Source of the DNA: Saliniramus sp.
GTDB taxonomy: Bacteria > Pseudomonadota > Alphaproteobacteria > Rhizobiales > Beijerinckiaceae
Reading direction: 5' to 3'
NCBI GenBank assembly: GCA_041686895.1
Contig: JAWLCY010000017.1
Location: forward strand, 2,490-66,489
DNA length: 64,000 nt
Shown here: in pieces, positions 8,995 to 20,050 of the stretch
How positions within the stretch are numbered: position 1 is the stretch's first letter
How the letters are laid out: each line of letters begins with the position of its first letter
Position numbers and translations under genes: made by a program
Notes under the pieces: model-generated
Seen by the model: only the letters and a program-made list of their open reading frames with translations
Told to the model about the DNA's origin: nothing
The model's database searches: none

Positions 8995-9483
8995 TCACCA
9001 TTCCGTCATCGCGGACTCCAGGAATCCGCCGTCGAGCGCCTGAATCACCACGTCCGCCCCTTGCTCGAGCCGCAAAACCAGCCGTGGCATGCTCACGCCG
9101 TGCAGCATTATGACGCGTCGGGAAGCTTCTGGATAGCGCGGCGCGGCCGGATCAATATCTACAATCAAACGTAGTACCACGCGCTGCAGATACGGCCACC
9201 GCACCAGACCGCCGCCGCGCATCTCGACGAGCCCGGCGATCGGCGCAGGAGCGCTCGCCACGAGCCGGCCGTGCCGCGAGGCGACCCGCACGCGGTCATC
9301 GGCCACCAGCGCGGCGAATCGCCCCCTGACACGCGCCCGCTCCATGAGCGCGAGGGCGAGGCTCGTCTTTCCTGAACCGGATGCCCCGCGCAGGAGCACC
9401 CCGGCATCCCCGATCGCGACCGCCGTGCCGTGAAGGGACAACTCTCCGGGCATCTCCTCGCCGCTCATCTCCTCGCCGCTCAT
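8995..9483 (-). CDS. hprK: HPr kinase/phosphorylase, short form (C-terminal kinase domain only)
   Basis: LHGTAVAIGDAGVLLRGASGSGKTSLALAL (P-loop) and LVADD. About 160 aa, as in alphaproteobacterial HprK. The ATG overlaps the chvG TGA (ATGA). Three in-frame ATGs (9483, 9468, 9453) are created by a 15-nt tandem repeat. Confidence 0.88.
   Translation of the reverse strand: MSGEEMSGEEMPGELSLHGTAVAIGDAGVLLRGASGSGKTSLALALMERARVRGRFAALVADDRVRVASRHGRLVASAPAPIAGLVEMRGGGLVRWPYLQRVVLRLIVDIDPAAPRYPEASRRVIMLHGVSMPRLVLRLEQGADVVIQALDGGFLESAMTEW
9451..9483. repeat. 15-nt tandem repeat (2 units plus 3 nt) at the chvG stop / hprK start
   Basis: catctcctcgccgct occurs at 9451-9465 and 9466-9480, followed by cat. 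It encodes MSGEE-MSGEE-MPGE on the minus strand. Confidence 0.9.
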
Positions 9484-11444
9484 GGCATCGCCGGCAGCGA
9501 GACGGTGAAGCGCGCCCCGAGCCGCCGCGGTTCGCCGGTTTCGTCGGGCTGCCCGAGACGGTTCTCGGCGGTGATCGTGCCGCGATGGACCTGGACGATC
9601 TGGCGGGAGATCGAGAGTCCGAGCCCGGAATTCTGGCCGAAGCCCTGCTCCGGGCGATCGGTGTAGAACCGCTCGAAGATGCGCTCCAGCGCATGGTCGG
9701 GGATGCCCGGGCCGTCATCGTCGATGACGATGCGCACTTCGTCTCCCACGCGCGATACGGCAACGCGGACGGTCGCCCCCGGAGGCGAGAACGAGCGGGC
9801 GTTGTCGATCAGGTTGCGCACCACCTGTCCGATCCGGCTGTCATGTCCCAGAACGAGGAAGGCGCCGTCCTGCGCGCCCGCGCCACTGTCCGACCCGCTG
9901 CGCTCCGCCTTCGCCCGGTCGTTCCTCGCCTTCTCGGCCTTGCCCGCCCGCACCTTCGCCTTCCTGCCTCCTGACCGGGTCACGAGGATTTCCGCCTCGT
10001 GGGGGCGGCGGACATCGTTGGCGATCGAGGCCACCGCATCCACGAGCTTCGCGATGTCGACCGGGGCGGCCTCGAGGCGCGCCAGTTCGGCGTCGAGGCG
10101 CGAGGCGTCCGAAATGTCGCTGATCAGACGGTCGAGGCGGCGCACGTCGTGCTGGATGATCGACAGGAGGCGCCCGCGGGATTCCTCCGTCTTCGTCAGG
10201 GGAAGGGTCTCGACGGCGCTGCGCAGCGAGGTCAGGGGGTTCTTGAGCTCATGGGCCACGTCGGCCGCGAAGCTCTCGATGGCGTCGATCCGGTTGTAGA
10301 GCGCCTCGGTCATGTCGCGCAGCGCGCCCGAGAGATGGCCGATCTCGTCGGAACGGTAGGTGAAGTCGGGGATCTCCTGCCGCGACCGGATTCCCCGCCG
10401 GACCCGCTCCGCCGCCTCGGCGAGCCGACGGACGGGACCGGCGATGGCGTTGGCGAGGAGCAGCGAGAGGACGATCATCACCACCGCGGCGACCACGAAG
10501 ACCTGGAACAGCGCGAGGCGCTCGGAGGCGATGATCGCGTCGATGTCCCCGCCTTGCGTCGAAAGCATCAGCGCGCCGCGGACCGCGCGCTGGCGCTGGA
10601 TCGGCACCGCGACGGAGACGATTGTCTCGCCGGCGGGATTGATGCGCACGACGCTCCCGGCGCTGCCCCCGAGGGCCTGCTGCACTTCCGGGAAGATGCG
10701 CCCGTTGGTCGGGCCGATGGCCTCGATCACCGGCTGCCGCTCGGTGATCAGCCAGCTGCGCATCCAGTTCCACGCCCGCTGGATAAAGGTCTTGTCCTGG
10801 ACTTCGAGCGGAGGCAGGTCCAGCCGCAGGATATCGCCGCGCGAATAGAGCGCGCGCGAATCGAGCACGAGCATCGCGTCCCGGTCGTAGATCCGGGCGC
10901 GCGTCCCGGTCGGGGTGACGAGACGGCGCAGGAGGGGCGCGACACGCTCCGGATTGATGGAGAACTCGAGCGGCGAGAAGAGGTCGTCGCCGAGGCCGGA
11001 GGTCTCGCCGAGCTGCATCTGCAGGAGGGCGTCCGGATCGATCTTGATCGTGTCGATCTCGACGGTGGCCGAGGAGGCGATCGCCCCGGCGATGATCTCG
11101 CCCTGCGTCAGGAGGCTCTGGACCCGCGCCTCGATCAGCCCCTCGCGGAACTGGTTCAGGTAGAGGAAGCCGAAGAGCAGCGCGACGAGGCCGGCGAGGT
11201 TGAGGACGACGATGCGGCGCGTCAGGCTCGACGAGGCGCGCTTGAACCAGTCCCGGGCGACCGCGTTGGCGCGCGCGATCCGGCTGCGCGGCGGAAGGGT
11301 CTCCGCGAACTCGTCCCCGGTTTCCCCAGCCGCTGCCTGCCCCTCGCGCGCGGATCCATCGCGCGCGGATCCATCGCGCGCGGATGCCTCCGCCTCCGGA
11401 CGGACAAGGTCGTCATGGTCGGCTTGCGCGCGGCGCGCGTCCAC
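9480..11444 (-). CDS. chvG: sensor histidine kinase, ChvG/ExoS/BvrS family
   Basis: Two TM segments flank a ~200-aa periplasmic region, followed by a HAMP domain, an H-box (FAADVAHELKNPLTSLRSAVETL), an N-box (VVRNLIDNA) and G-boxes (DDDGPGIP, GLGLSISRQIV). Lies downstream of chvI and upstream of hprK. GTG start at 11444 with AAGGA upstream. Confidence 0.88.
   Translation of the reverse strand: MDARRAQADHDDLVRPEAEASARDGSARDGSAREGQAAAGETGDEFAETLPPRSRIARANAVARDWFKRASSSLTRRIVVLNLAGLVALLFGFLYLNQFREGLIEARVQSLLTQGEIIAGAIASSATVEIDTIKIDPDALLQMQLGETSGLGDDLFSPLEFSINPERVAPLLRRLVTPTGTRARIYDRDAMLVLDSRALYSRGDILRLDLPPLEVQDKTFIQRAWNWMRSWLITERQPVIEAIGPTNGRIFPEVQQALGGSAGSVVRINPAGETIVSVAVPIQRQRAVRGALMLSTQGGDIDAIIASERLALFQVFVVAAVVMIVLSLLLANAIAGPVRRLAEAAERVRRGIRSRQEIPDFTYRSDEIGHLSGALRDMTEALYNRIDAIESFAADVAHELKNPLTSLRSAVETLPLTKTEESRGRLLSIIQHDVRRLDRLISDISDASRLDAELARLEAAPVDIAKLVDAVASIANDVRRPHEAEILVTRSGGRKAKVRAGKAEKARNDRAKAERSGSDSGAGAQDGAFLVLGHDSRIGQVVRNLIDNARSFSPPGATVRVAVSRVGDEVRIVIDDDGPGIPDHALERIFERFYTDRPEQGFGQNSGLGLSISRQIVQVHRGTITAENRLGQPDETGEPRRLGARFTVSLPAMP
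11346..11390. repeat. 15-nt tandem repeat, 3 units (third diverged), inside the chvG 5' coding region
   Basis: gcgcgcggatccatc x2 then gcgcgcggatgcctc. It encodes ARDGS-ARDGS-AREGQ-type repeats in the cytoplasmic N-terminus. Confidence 0.9.
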
Positions 11445-11473
11445 GGGCTCGTCCTTTCCGCGCTGGCTCGGGC

Positions 11474-12172
11474 TCAGGATTCCTTGAACCTGTAGCCGAC
11501 GCCGTAAAGCGTCTCGATCATGTCGAAACTTTGGTCGACAACCTTGAACTTCTTGCGCAGCCTTTTGATGTGGCTGTCGATCGTGCGGTCGTCCACATAG
11601 ACCTGGTCGTCATAGGCGGCGTCCATCAGGGCGTTGCGCGACTTCACCACGCCCGGACGCTGCGCGAGGGATTGCAGGATCAGGAATTCCGTCACCGTGA
11701 GCGTCACCGGCTCGCCCCGCCAGGTGCAGGTATGGCGCTCGGGATCCATCACGAGCTGCCCCCGCTCGAGCGCCTTGGCGTCCGTCTCCCGGGGCGCGGT
11801 CTGGTCCTTGGGGGCGAAGCGCCGCAGCACGGCCTTGACCCGCTCCACCAGGAGGCGCTGCGAGAACGGTTTGCGGATGAAATCGTCCGCGCCCATCTTG
11901 AGGCCGAACAATTCGTCGATCTCCTCGTCCTTCGAGGTGAGGAAGATCACCGGGAGGTCGGATTTCTGGCGCAGGCGGCGCAGCAGCTCCATCCCGTCCA
12001 TGCGCGGCATCTTGATGTCGAAGATCGCGAGGTCAGGGGGCGACTGCCGCAGGCCGTCCAGTGCCGACGCGCCGTCCGTGTAGGTCTGGATGCGATACCC
12101 CTCCGCCTCGAGCGCGATCGAGACGGATGTGAGGATATTGCGATCGTCGTCCACAAGGGCGATGGTTGGCAT
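11474..12172 (-). CDS. chvI: OmpR-family response regulator ChvI
   Basis: [26 protein letters not shown]...[13 protein letters not shown] is the receiver domain. The winged-helix C-terminus ends YGVGYRF. Adjacent to chvG. Confidence 0.9.
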   Translation of the reverse strand: MPTIALVDDDRNILTSVSIALEAEGYRIQTYTDGASALDGLRQSPPDLAIFDIKMPRMDGMELLRRLRQKSDLPVIFLTSKDEEIDELFGLKMGADDFIRKPFSQRLLVERVKAVLRRFAPKDQTAPRETDAKALERGQLVMDPERHTCTWRGEPVTLTVTEFLILQSLAQRPGVVKSRNALMDAAYDDQVYVDDRTIDSHIKRLRKKFKVVDQSFDMIETLYGVGYRFKES

Positions 12173-12338
12173 GTGGGGCTCCCCCTGACATTCTGCTGCG
12201 ACGCCGCCGGCCCGGCCGGGCGTCCCGAAACAAACTCAGCCTTCGCCTCGCCTGTCGAGTATGCCAAAATTATGGCCAATAAGCACGAAGACGCCGCGAG
12301 AGCAACGAAACGACGCACGAAATGGTGAGGAAGGCCCT

Positions 12339-13088
12339 GTGCCGCAAGAAGAATCCCTTTCCGCGCCGGATTTCGACGGCGTCGCCATGGCCAAACGTCT
12401 CCTGAGAACGATCCGTTCCGGGGCGCTCGCGACGCTTGACGCGCAGACGGGCCATCCCTTCGCCACCCTGACCACCGTCGCGACCGATATCGACGGCTCG
12501 CCGATCCTGTTGATGTCGACGCTCTCGGCCCATCGCGCCAATATCGAGCGCGATCCGCGCATCTCGATCCTGCTCGCCGAAGGGGGACGCGGCGATCCCC
12601 TCGCCCATCCGCGCCTCACCGTCATCGGGCGGGCGACGCGGTCGGACGATCCAAGGCTCGGCGCGCGCTTCATCGCCCGTCACCCGAAGGCGAAGCTTTA
12701 TGCGGGCTTCGCGGACTTCGCCTTCTTCCGGGTGGCCGTCGAGGCCGGGCATCTCAACGGCGGCTTCGCCCGCGCCATGAAGCTTCGCGCGGAAGAACTG
12801 GTCCTCGACCTGTCGGCGGCGGAGGCGCTCGTCGCAGCGCATGAAGGGGCGGTCGCCCACATGAACGATGATCACCGCGAGGCGCTGAGGCTTTACGCAA
12901 CGCGCCTCGCCCGCGCGCCGGAGGCGGCCTGGCGCGCGACGGGGATCGACCCTGAGGGGATCGATCTCGCGGCGGGGGATCGCACCGCCCGCGTGGCCTT
13001 CCCCGCGGCGGTAGCCGGGCCGGGGGAGCTGCGCGCCGCCCTCGTCGCACTGGCGCGCGAGGCGCGCGAGGCGGATGGCGGGGCGTGA
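12339..13088 (+). CDS. HugZ-like pyridoxamine 5'-phosphate oxidase family protein with a DUF2470-like C-terminus
   Basis: [62 protein letters not shown]... plus C-terminal [13 protein letters not shown]. The GTG at 12339 is preceded by GAGGAAGG. The ATG at 12387 is an alternative start. Confidence 0.75.
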   Translation: MPQEESLSAPDFDGVAMAKRLLRTIRSGALATLDAQTGHPFATLTTVATDIDGSPILLMSTLSAHRANIERDPRISILLAEGGRGDPLAHPRLTVIGRATRSDDPRLGARFIARHPKAKLYAGFADFAFFRVAVEAGHLNGGFARAMKLRAEELVLDLSAAEALVAAHEGAVAHMNDDHREALRLYATRLARAPEAAWRATGIDPEGIDLAAGDRTARVAFPAAVAGPGELRAALVALAREAREADGGA

Positions 13089-13350
13089 ACGCGCCCCGCA
13101 GGTTCCGCATCCCAAACCGGGAGGGGATTATCACTTATGCCGCAGGGCCTCGACCTTTGATATTGACGTAGCCGTCTCCGCATCTAATGAAGAGGCGCAT
13201 TATCGGCAGGCGCGGATCCTGCAGCGGCTCCACCGCGTTGAGTTCCGCAGCGGCGCGCCGGTCCGGGACCGAGTCCGGGGCCGGGCGCCGCAAGAAGCAT
13301 CGCCTGCCGGTCGAGTGGTAGTGGGCGGCGAACCCAGGGAGGATTGCCTC

Positions 13351-14955
<1,605 letters not shown>

Positions 14956-14995
14956 ATCGCGACCGCAAGCAGGTCAGCCGCGACCGCCGCTGCAA

Positions 14996-15015
14996 CTCCT
15001 CCCCGCCGGGAGGGG
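14996..15015 (+). terminator. short hairpin after pckA (weak terminator candidate)
   Basis: ctcctccc-cgcc-gggagggg forms an ~8-bp stem with a 4-nt loop, 41 nt after the stop. There is no clear U tract. Confidence 0.3.
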
Positions 15016-15095
15016 TTGCCCCGCCGTCTCCGGGCGACCATCTGGGACTCTTGCGCCCGTCCGTATAAACACGGAGGGCAGGAAGGGGAGCCCGC

Positions 15096-16541
15096 ATGCC
15101 GGTGACGCATCGATACAAGCCCGATCCGAAACATCCCGATCTGGGTGACGCATTCTATGACGTCGTCGAGGCAGCGCGCTTCCCCGAGACGAGGCTGCGC
15201 TTCCGCAATGACCGCTGGGCGTCCCGGATCGGGCTCGACGGGCTGTCGGATGCGGAATGGATCGAGCATTTCGCCCGGTTCGCGCCGCTGCCGGGCAATC
15301 TCGAACAGCCGCTCGCCCTGCGCTATCACGGCCACCAGTTCCGCTCCTACAACCCGGATCTCGGGGACGGGCGGGGATTTCTCTTCGCCCAGCTGCGCGA
15401 CGCCGTCGACGGGCGCCTCCTCGACCTCGCGACGAAGGGCTCGGGCCAGACGCCGTGGTCGCGCAGGGGCGACGGGCGACTGACGCTGAAGGGCGGGGTG
15501 CGGGAGATCCTCGCCAGCGAGATGCTGGAGGCGCTTGGCGTCTACACCTCGAAGAACATCAGCCTGATCGAGACGGGGGAGCCGCTGCAGCGCCACGACG
15601 AGCCCTCGCCGACGCGCTCGGCGGTGCTCGTGCGCCTCGGCCACAGCCATATCCGCTTCGGCTCCTTCCAGCGCCTCGCCTTTCTCGGCGAGGGGGAGGA
15701 TCTCGCGCGCCTGCTCGACTTCTCGATCGCCCATTACTGGCCCGAGGCCGCCGGCGAGGCGGATCGCGCCGGGGCGTTCCTCGACCGCGTCGTCGACGCG
15801 ACTGCGGCCCTCGCCGCGGAATGGTTCGCGGCGGGTTTCGTGCACGGCGTGCTCAACACCGACAACACGGTGATCACGGGGGAAAGCTTCGACTACGGAC
15901 CCTGGCGCTTCCTGCCGGTGCTCGACCAGCATTTCACGGCCGCCTATTTCGACGAGACCGGGCTCTACGCCTTCGGACGCCAGCCGACGGCGTTGCGCTG
16001 GAACCTGCAGCGCCTTGCGGAATGCCTGATCCATCTCTCCTCGCAGGAGCGCATGGTGGCCTCCCTCGAGCGCTTCAGCCCCCGCTTCCACGAGGCGCTC
16101 AACCGGATCACGCGGGCGCGGCTCGGCCTCGATCCCGGCAACGCCGCCGCCACTGACGAAACGGACGAGGCGGTCGGGTATTTCTACGCCGCCCTGTCGC
16201 ATGGGCAGGTCCCGTTCGAGCGCGCCTTCTTCGATCTTGCGGGCGGCGCGCGGCCGGAGCGGATCGCGGCGAGCCCGAATCGCGACATCTACGCCCTGCC
16301 CGCCTGGACCGACGCCATCGCAAGCCTGCGCGACGCAACGCCTGCTCCCGCCGAGGCTTTGGAACATCCCTATTTCGCGCGCGATGAGCCGGTGACCATG
16401 CTCATCGACGAGGTCGAGGCGCTCTGGGCGCCGATCGCCGAACGGGACGACTGGGGGGCGTTCGAGGCGAAGCTGGCGGAGATCGCGATTCTGCGGGAGG
16501 CCTATGCGCCGCTTCTTGCAGGCGTGCGGCGGGGAGAATAA
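15096..16541 (+). CDS. selO: protein adenylyltransferase SelO (YdiU/UPF0061)
   Basis: YHGHQFRSYNPDLGDGRGFLFAQL, KGSGQTPWSRRGDGRLTLKGGVRE, GFVHGVLNTDN. Strong SD (GGAGGGCAGGAAGGGGAG) upstream. Confidence 0.9.
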   Translation: MPVTHRYKPDPKHPDLGDAFYDVVEAARFPETRLRFRNDRWASRIGLDGLSDAEWIEHFARFAPLPGNLEQPLALRYHGHQFRSYNPDLGDGRGFLFAQLRDAVDGRLLDLATKGSGQTPWSRRGDGRLTLKGGVREILASEMLEALGVYTSKNISLIETGEPLQRHDEPSPTRSAVLVRLGHSHIRFGSFQRLAFLGEGEDLARLLDFSIAHYWPEAAGEADRAGAFLDRVVDATAALAAEWFAAGFVHGVLNTDNTVITGESFDYGPWRFLPVLDQHFTAAYFDETGLYAFGRQPTALRWNLQRLAECLIHLSSQERMVASLERFSPRFHEALNRITRARLGLDPGNAAATDETDEAVGYFYAALSHGQVPFERAFFDLAGGARPERIAASPNRDIYALPAWTDAIASLRDATPAPAEALEHPYFARDEPVTMLIDEVEALWAPIAERDDWGAFEAKLAEIAILREAYAPLLAGVRRGE

Positions 16542-16550
16542 GAGAGCGGC

Positions 16551-18128
16551 ATGATCGACCGCCGACACTTCCTTTCCGGCGCGGGCTCGCTCGCGACGCT
16601 CGCCGCCCTCGCCTCATCGGCGCCCGCTCTCGCCGAGGGGCCGCCGGCTGGCCTCGCCTTCGAGGAGGCGGGACCGTTTTCGTTCGAGACGCTGATCGCG
16701 CGGGCGCGCGAGCGCGCCGGCCGGCCCTATGCGCCGCCCGAACGACCGGAGCCGGAGGTCCTCGAGCGTATCGACTACGACGCCCATCGCCAGCTGCTGT
16801 TCAGGAACGAGCACGCGCTCTGGCGGCACGGGCCGGGCGAATTCCCGGTGACCTTCTTCCATCTCGGGCGTCTTTTCCAGAAGCCGGTCCAGATCTTCGT
16901 GATCGAGGGCGGCGTTGCGCGCCGGATCATCTACGACCAGCGCAATTTCCAGGTCCCCCCTGATTCTCCCGCGCGGGAACTCCCGCCGGGGGCGGGGTTT
17001 GCCGGCTTTCGCTTCCAGGAGCGGCGCGGCAGCCCGCCCGACCGGCAATTCAACGACTGGGTCGCCTTTCTCGGCGCGTCCTATTTCCGCGCGGTGGCGG
17101 AGCCCGGGTTCTACGGCATCTCGGCGCGCGGCATCGCCATCGACACGGCCTTGCCCGACAGGGGCGAGGAATTTCCCGATTTCGTGGAATTCCACATCGA
17201 GACCCCCGCGCCGGGCCTCGACAGCGTCACCGTCCATGCCTTGCTTGACGGACCGAGCATCACGGGCGCCTACCGCTTCGATATCCGCCGGACGGAGGCG
17301 GTGGTCATCGACATCGAGAAGCACCTGTTCATGCGCAGGGACGTGGCGCGATTGGGGATCGCGCCGCTCACCTCGATGTACTGGTTCTCCGAGACCGCGA
17401 AGCCGACGGCCGTCGACTGGCGGCCCGAGGTGCACGATTCCGACGGCGTCGCCCTGTGGACCGGGGCGGGCGAACGCCTCTGGCGGCCACTCAACAACCC
17501 GTCCCGCCTCGCGGTCTCCGCCTTCTCGGATGCCGATCCGCGCGGCTTCGGCCTGATGCAGCGCGACCGCGACTACGGCAACTATCTCGACGGCGCGCGT
17601 TATGAAACCCGGCCCTCGCTCTGGATCGAGCCGCACGGCTCCTGGGGGCAGGGAAGCGTCCAGCTGGTCGAGATTCCGACTGCCGACGAGTATCACGACA
17701 ACATCGTCGCCATGTGGGTGCCCGCCGTTCCCGCCCGGACGGGGGACGCCTTCACCTTCCGCTACCGCACCCACTGGGCGCTGGAGCAGCCCGATCCGCC
17801 GGACCTGGCGCGCGTCGTCGCGACGCGCCTCGGGCTCGGTGACGATCGCGGCGAGCGCCCGCGCCTGCGCCGCTTCTCGGTGGAGTTCGAGGGCGGGCCG
17901 CTCGCGGGGGAGGGGCCGGATGCAAGGCCCGAGCCCGCCTTCTGGGCGTCGCGGGGCGAGTTGTCCGGGGCGCGCGTCGACAAGCTGGCGACGGGCAGGC
18001 CTGGCCACTGGCGGGCGGAGTTCTCGCTGGACGTTCGCGGAACCGAGCCGGTCGAGCTGCGCGCCTATCTCAACCGCGGCGGCCATCCCGTCACGGAAGT
18101 CTGGACCTACCAGTACCACCCGTCCTGA
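16551..18128 (+). CDS. opgD: periplasmic glucan biosynthesis protein, OpgD/MdoD type (Tat signal)
   Basis: Twin-arginine leader MIDRRHFLSGAGSLATLAALASSAPALA. MdoG/MdoD family body (FRFQE, SYFRAV, YGISARGIAIDT, DNIVAMW). Confidence 0.88.
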   Translation: MIDRRHFLSGAGSLATLAALASSAPALAEGPPAGLAFEEAGPFSFETLIARARERAGRPYAPPERPEPEVLERIDYDAHRQLLFRNEHALWRHGPGEFPVTFFHLGRLFQKPVQIFVIEGGVARRIIYDQRNFQVPPDSPARELPPGAGFAGFRFQERRGSPPDRQFNDWVAFLGASYFRAVAEPGFYGISARGIAIDTALPDRGEEFPDFVEFHIETPAPGLDSVTVHALLDGPSITGAYRFDIRRTEAVVIDIEKHLFMRRDVARLGIAPLTSMYWFSETAKPTAVDWRPEVHDSDGVALWTGAGERLWRPLNNPSRLAVSAFSDADPRGFGLMQRDRDYGNYLDGARYETRPSLWIEPHGSWGQGSVQLVEIPTADEYHDNIVAMWVPAVPARTGDAFTFRYRTHWALEQPDPPDLARVVATRLGLGDDRGERPRLRRFSVEFEGGPLAGEGPDARPEPAFWASRGELSGARVDKLATGRPGHWRAEFSLDVRGTEPVELRAYLNRGGHPVTEVWTYQYHPS

Positions 18129-19048
18129 TAATTGCCGGCCTTCGCGCTCGTGCGCTTCGCCGCCGCCCGGTTCATGGCGTTGACCGCGCCGTTGATCTCG
18201 CCGCCGAAAATATAGATTACGGCGAGGGTGTAGAGGAAGATCAGCGACATCATCGCCGTGGCGAGACCGCCATAGGTGGTGGCGTAGGCGCGGGGGAAAT
18301 GAGCGAGATAGGTCCCGAAGACGAACCCGCCGAGCAGCCACAGGAACAGCGTCACGAGCACGCCGGGCAGGATGCTGACGAAGCTGCGGTATCCGGCGGC
18401 GAGGAACTTGTGGGTGATGACGAGAGCAGCGACGATCAGGAAGGCGGTGCCCCCGAGCCGGACGAGATCGACCATCTGCGTGAATTCGGCGAGCGGCGGA
18501 AAGAAGCTCACCAGCGTCCCCCAGATCAGCGGCCCCAGCACCACTCCGAAGGCGAAGACCAGCATCACGCAGGCGCCGATCGCGACATAGAAGATCGATT
18601 CGAGGCGCGTCACGAGCCAGGACCGCGTCTCGCGCACCGCATAGGCGCGGTTCAGGCCGACCCGCAGCGCCTCGATGCCGTTCGAGGAGAAATACAGGGC
18701 CAGCGCCGCGCCGATCGTGAGAAGATCGCCGCGCCATTCGGTCAACACGCTGCGCACCTCCCGCGCGATCGGCTCGCCGATCTCCCTCGGGAGCACCTCG
18801 ATGATGAGGGTCGCCGCGTCATCCGCCAGGGTGCCGGAGCCTATGAAGCTCGCCAAAGCCGTGAGCAGGATGAGGAAGGGGAAGAAGGAAAACAGGGCCG
18901 AAAGCGCAATATGGCTGGCGATCGCCCAGCCGTCGTGCAACGCCATGCGGTTGTACGCCAGATAAAGAACGGCGAAAGATTTCTTCAACGCGTGCAAGGC
19001 GACACATCTCCCCCTTTGCCAAATGGCGCATGGGGGCCGGACGCGCAA
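18107..19048 (-). CDS. YihY/BrkB (virulence factor BrkB) family membrane protein
   Basis: Multi-TM protein with the family N-terminal pattern (ASHIALSALFSFFPFLILL...). The TTG at 19048 is the longest start and the true start is uncertain. The 3' end overlaps the opgD 3' end by 22 nt (convergent). Confidence 0.8.
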   Translation of the reverse strand: MRVRPPCAIWQRGRCVALHALKKSFAVLYLAYNRMALHDGWAIASHIALSALFSFFPFLILLTALASFIGSGTLADDAATLIIEVLPREIGEPIAREVRSVLTEWRGDLLTIGAALALYFSSNGIEALRVGLNRAYAVRETRSWLVTRLESIFYVAIGACVMLVFAFGVVLGPLIWGTLVSFFPPLAEFTQMVDLVRLGGTAFLIVAALVITHKFLAAGYRSFVSILPGVLVTLFLWLLGGFVFGTYLAHFPRAYATTYGGLATAMMSLIFLYTLAVIYIFGGEINGAVNAMNRAAAKRTSAKAGNYQDGWYW

Positions 19049-19114
19049 GCTGGTAACTCAACGTAAGTCCGCATTCGCGGCATCCCGCCGCCACACGAAG
19101 AACCCGGAATCCGC

Positions 19115-20023
19115 ATGCCCTCCGATCCGCCCCCGCTGACGCGTGACCCGCCGCCGCAACAGGATGGCCTCGCCTTCGTCGCGCCCGCGCTCTTCGTCCT
19201 GATCTGGTCGACGGGCTTCATCGTCGCGCGCCTCGTAGCGCCCTACGCCGATCCCCTGTCCTTCCTCGGCCTGCGCTACCTCATCGCCATCGCGATCCTT
19301 GCGGGAGCCGCCTTCGCCGCCGGCGCGGCATGGCCGCGATCGCGCCTCGAATGGCGCAACCAGCTCGTCGCCGGGGTGCTCCTGCACGGCGTCTATCTTG
19401 GCGGGGTGTTCTGGTCGATCAAGCACGGGCTGCCGGCGGGGATCTCCGCGCTGATCATCGGCCTGCAACCGCTCGTCACCGGCATGTTCGTCGGCGTCTT
19501 CCTCGGCGAGCGGGTCTCGCGCCTGCGCTGGGCGGGGATCATCACCGGCTTTGTCGGCGCGATCCTCGTGATCCTGCCGCGCCTCGGGACCGCGGACGGG
19601 TTTCCCCCCCTGCCGGTCCTCGTCTGCCTGCTCGGCACGTTCTCCATCACGCTGGGGACGATCTGGCAGAAGAAGACGGGAGCGGGGCAGGACCTGCGCA
19701 CCTCCACGGTGGTGCATTTCATCGGAGCGGCCCTGGTGACGATCCCGCTGGCGCTGCTTCTCGAGGAGGGGCGTCTCGATCCGACGCCTGAATTCTGGAT
19801 CGGCCTGTTCTGGGCCGTCTTCGGCCTCTCGATCGGCGCCATCTTCCTGCTCCTCGTGCTGATCCGCCGGGGCGCGGTGGCGGGCGTCGCCGCCCTGCTC
19901 TACCTCGTCCCGCCCGTCTCGGCCCTTATGGCGTATATCCTGTTCGGCGAGACGCTGGCTCCGGTCCAGATCGCGGGAATGGCGGTGGCGGCGGCCGGGG
20001 TGGCGATCGCGAGCCGGGGGTGA
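19115..20023 (+). CDS. DMT superfamily (EamA-like) transporter
   Basis: About 10 predicted TM helices with duplicated EamA-like halves (ALFVLIWSTGFIVARL...). Confidence 0.85.
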   Translation: MPSDPPPLTRDPPPQQDGLAFVAPALFVLIWSTGFIVARLVAPYADPLSFLGLRYLIAIAILAGAAFAAGAAWPRSRLEWRNQLVAGVLLHGVYLGGVFWSIKHGLPAGISALIIGLQPLVTGMFVGVFLGERVSRLRWAGIITGFVGAILVILPRLGTADGFPPLPVLVCLLGTFSITLGTIWQKKTGAGQDLRTSTVVHFIGAALVTIPLALLLEEGRLDPTPEFWIGLFWAVFGLSIGAIFLLLVLIRRGAVAGVAALLYLVPPVSALMAYILFGETLAPVQIAGMAVAAAGVAIASRG

Positions 20024-20050
20024 GTCGCCGAGGGCTCGGCGATGGCCGCC

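Noticed and set aside
9451-11390. Tandem repeats in the chvG/hprK region, considered as a possible CRISPR-like or minisatellite array.
   Set aside because: There are only 2-3 units of 15 nt. They are directly abutting with no spacers and lie inside coding sequence. There are no cas genes. This is not a CRISPR array.
18107-18128. 22-nt 3'-end overlap of the convergent opgD and yihY-family genes.
   Set aside because: Short convergent overlaps are common in compact GC-rich genomes. Nothing suggests a special mechanism.
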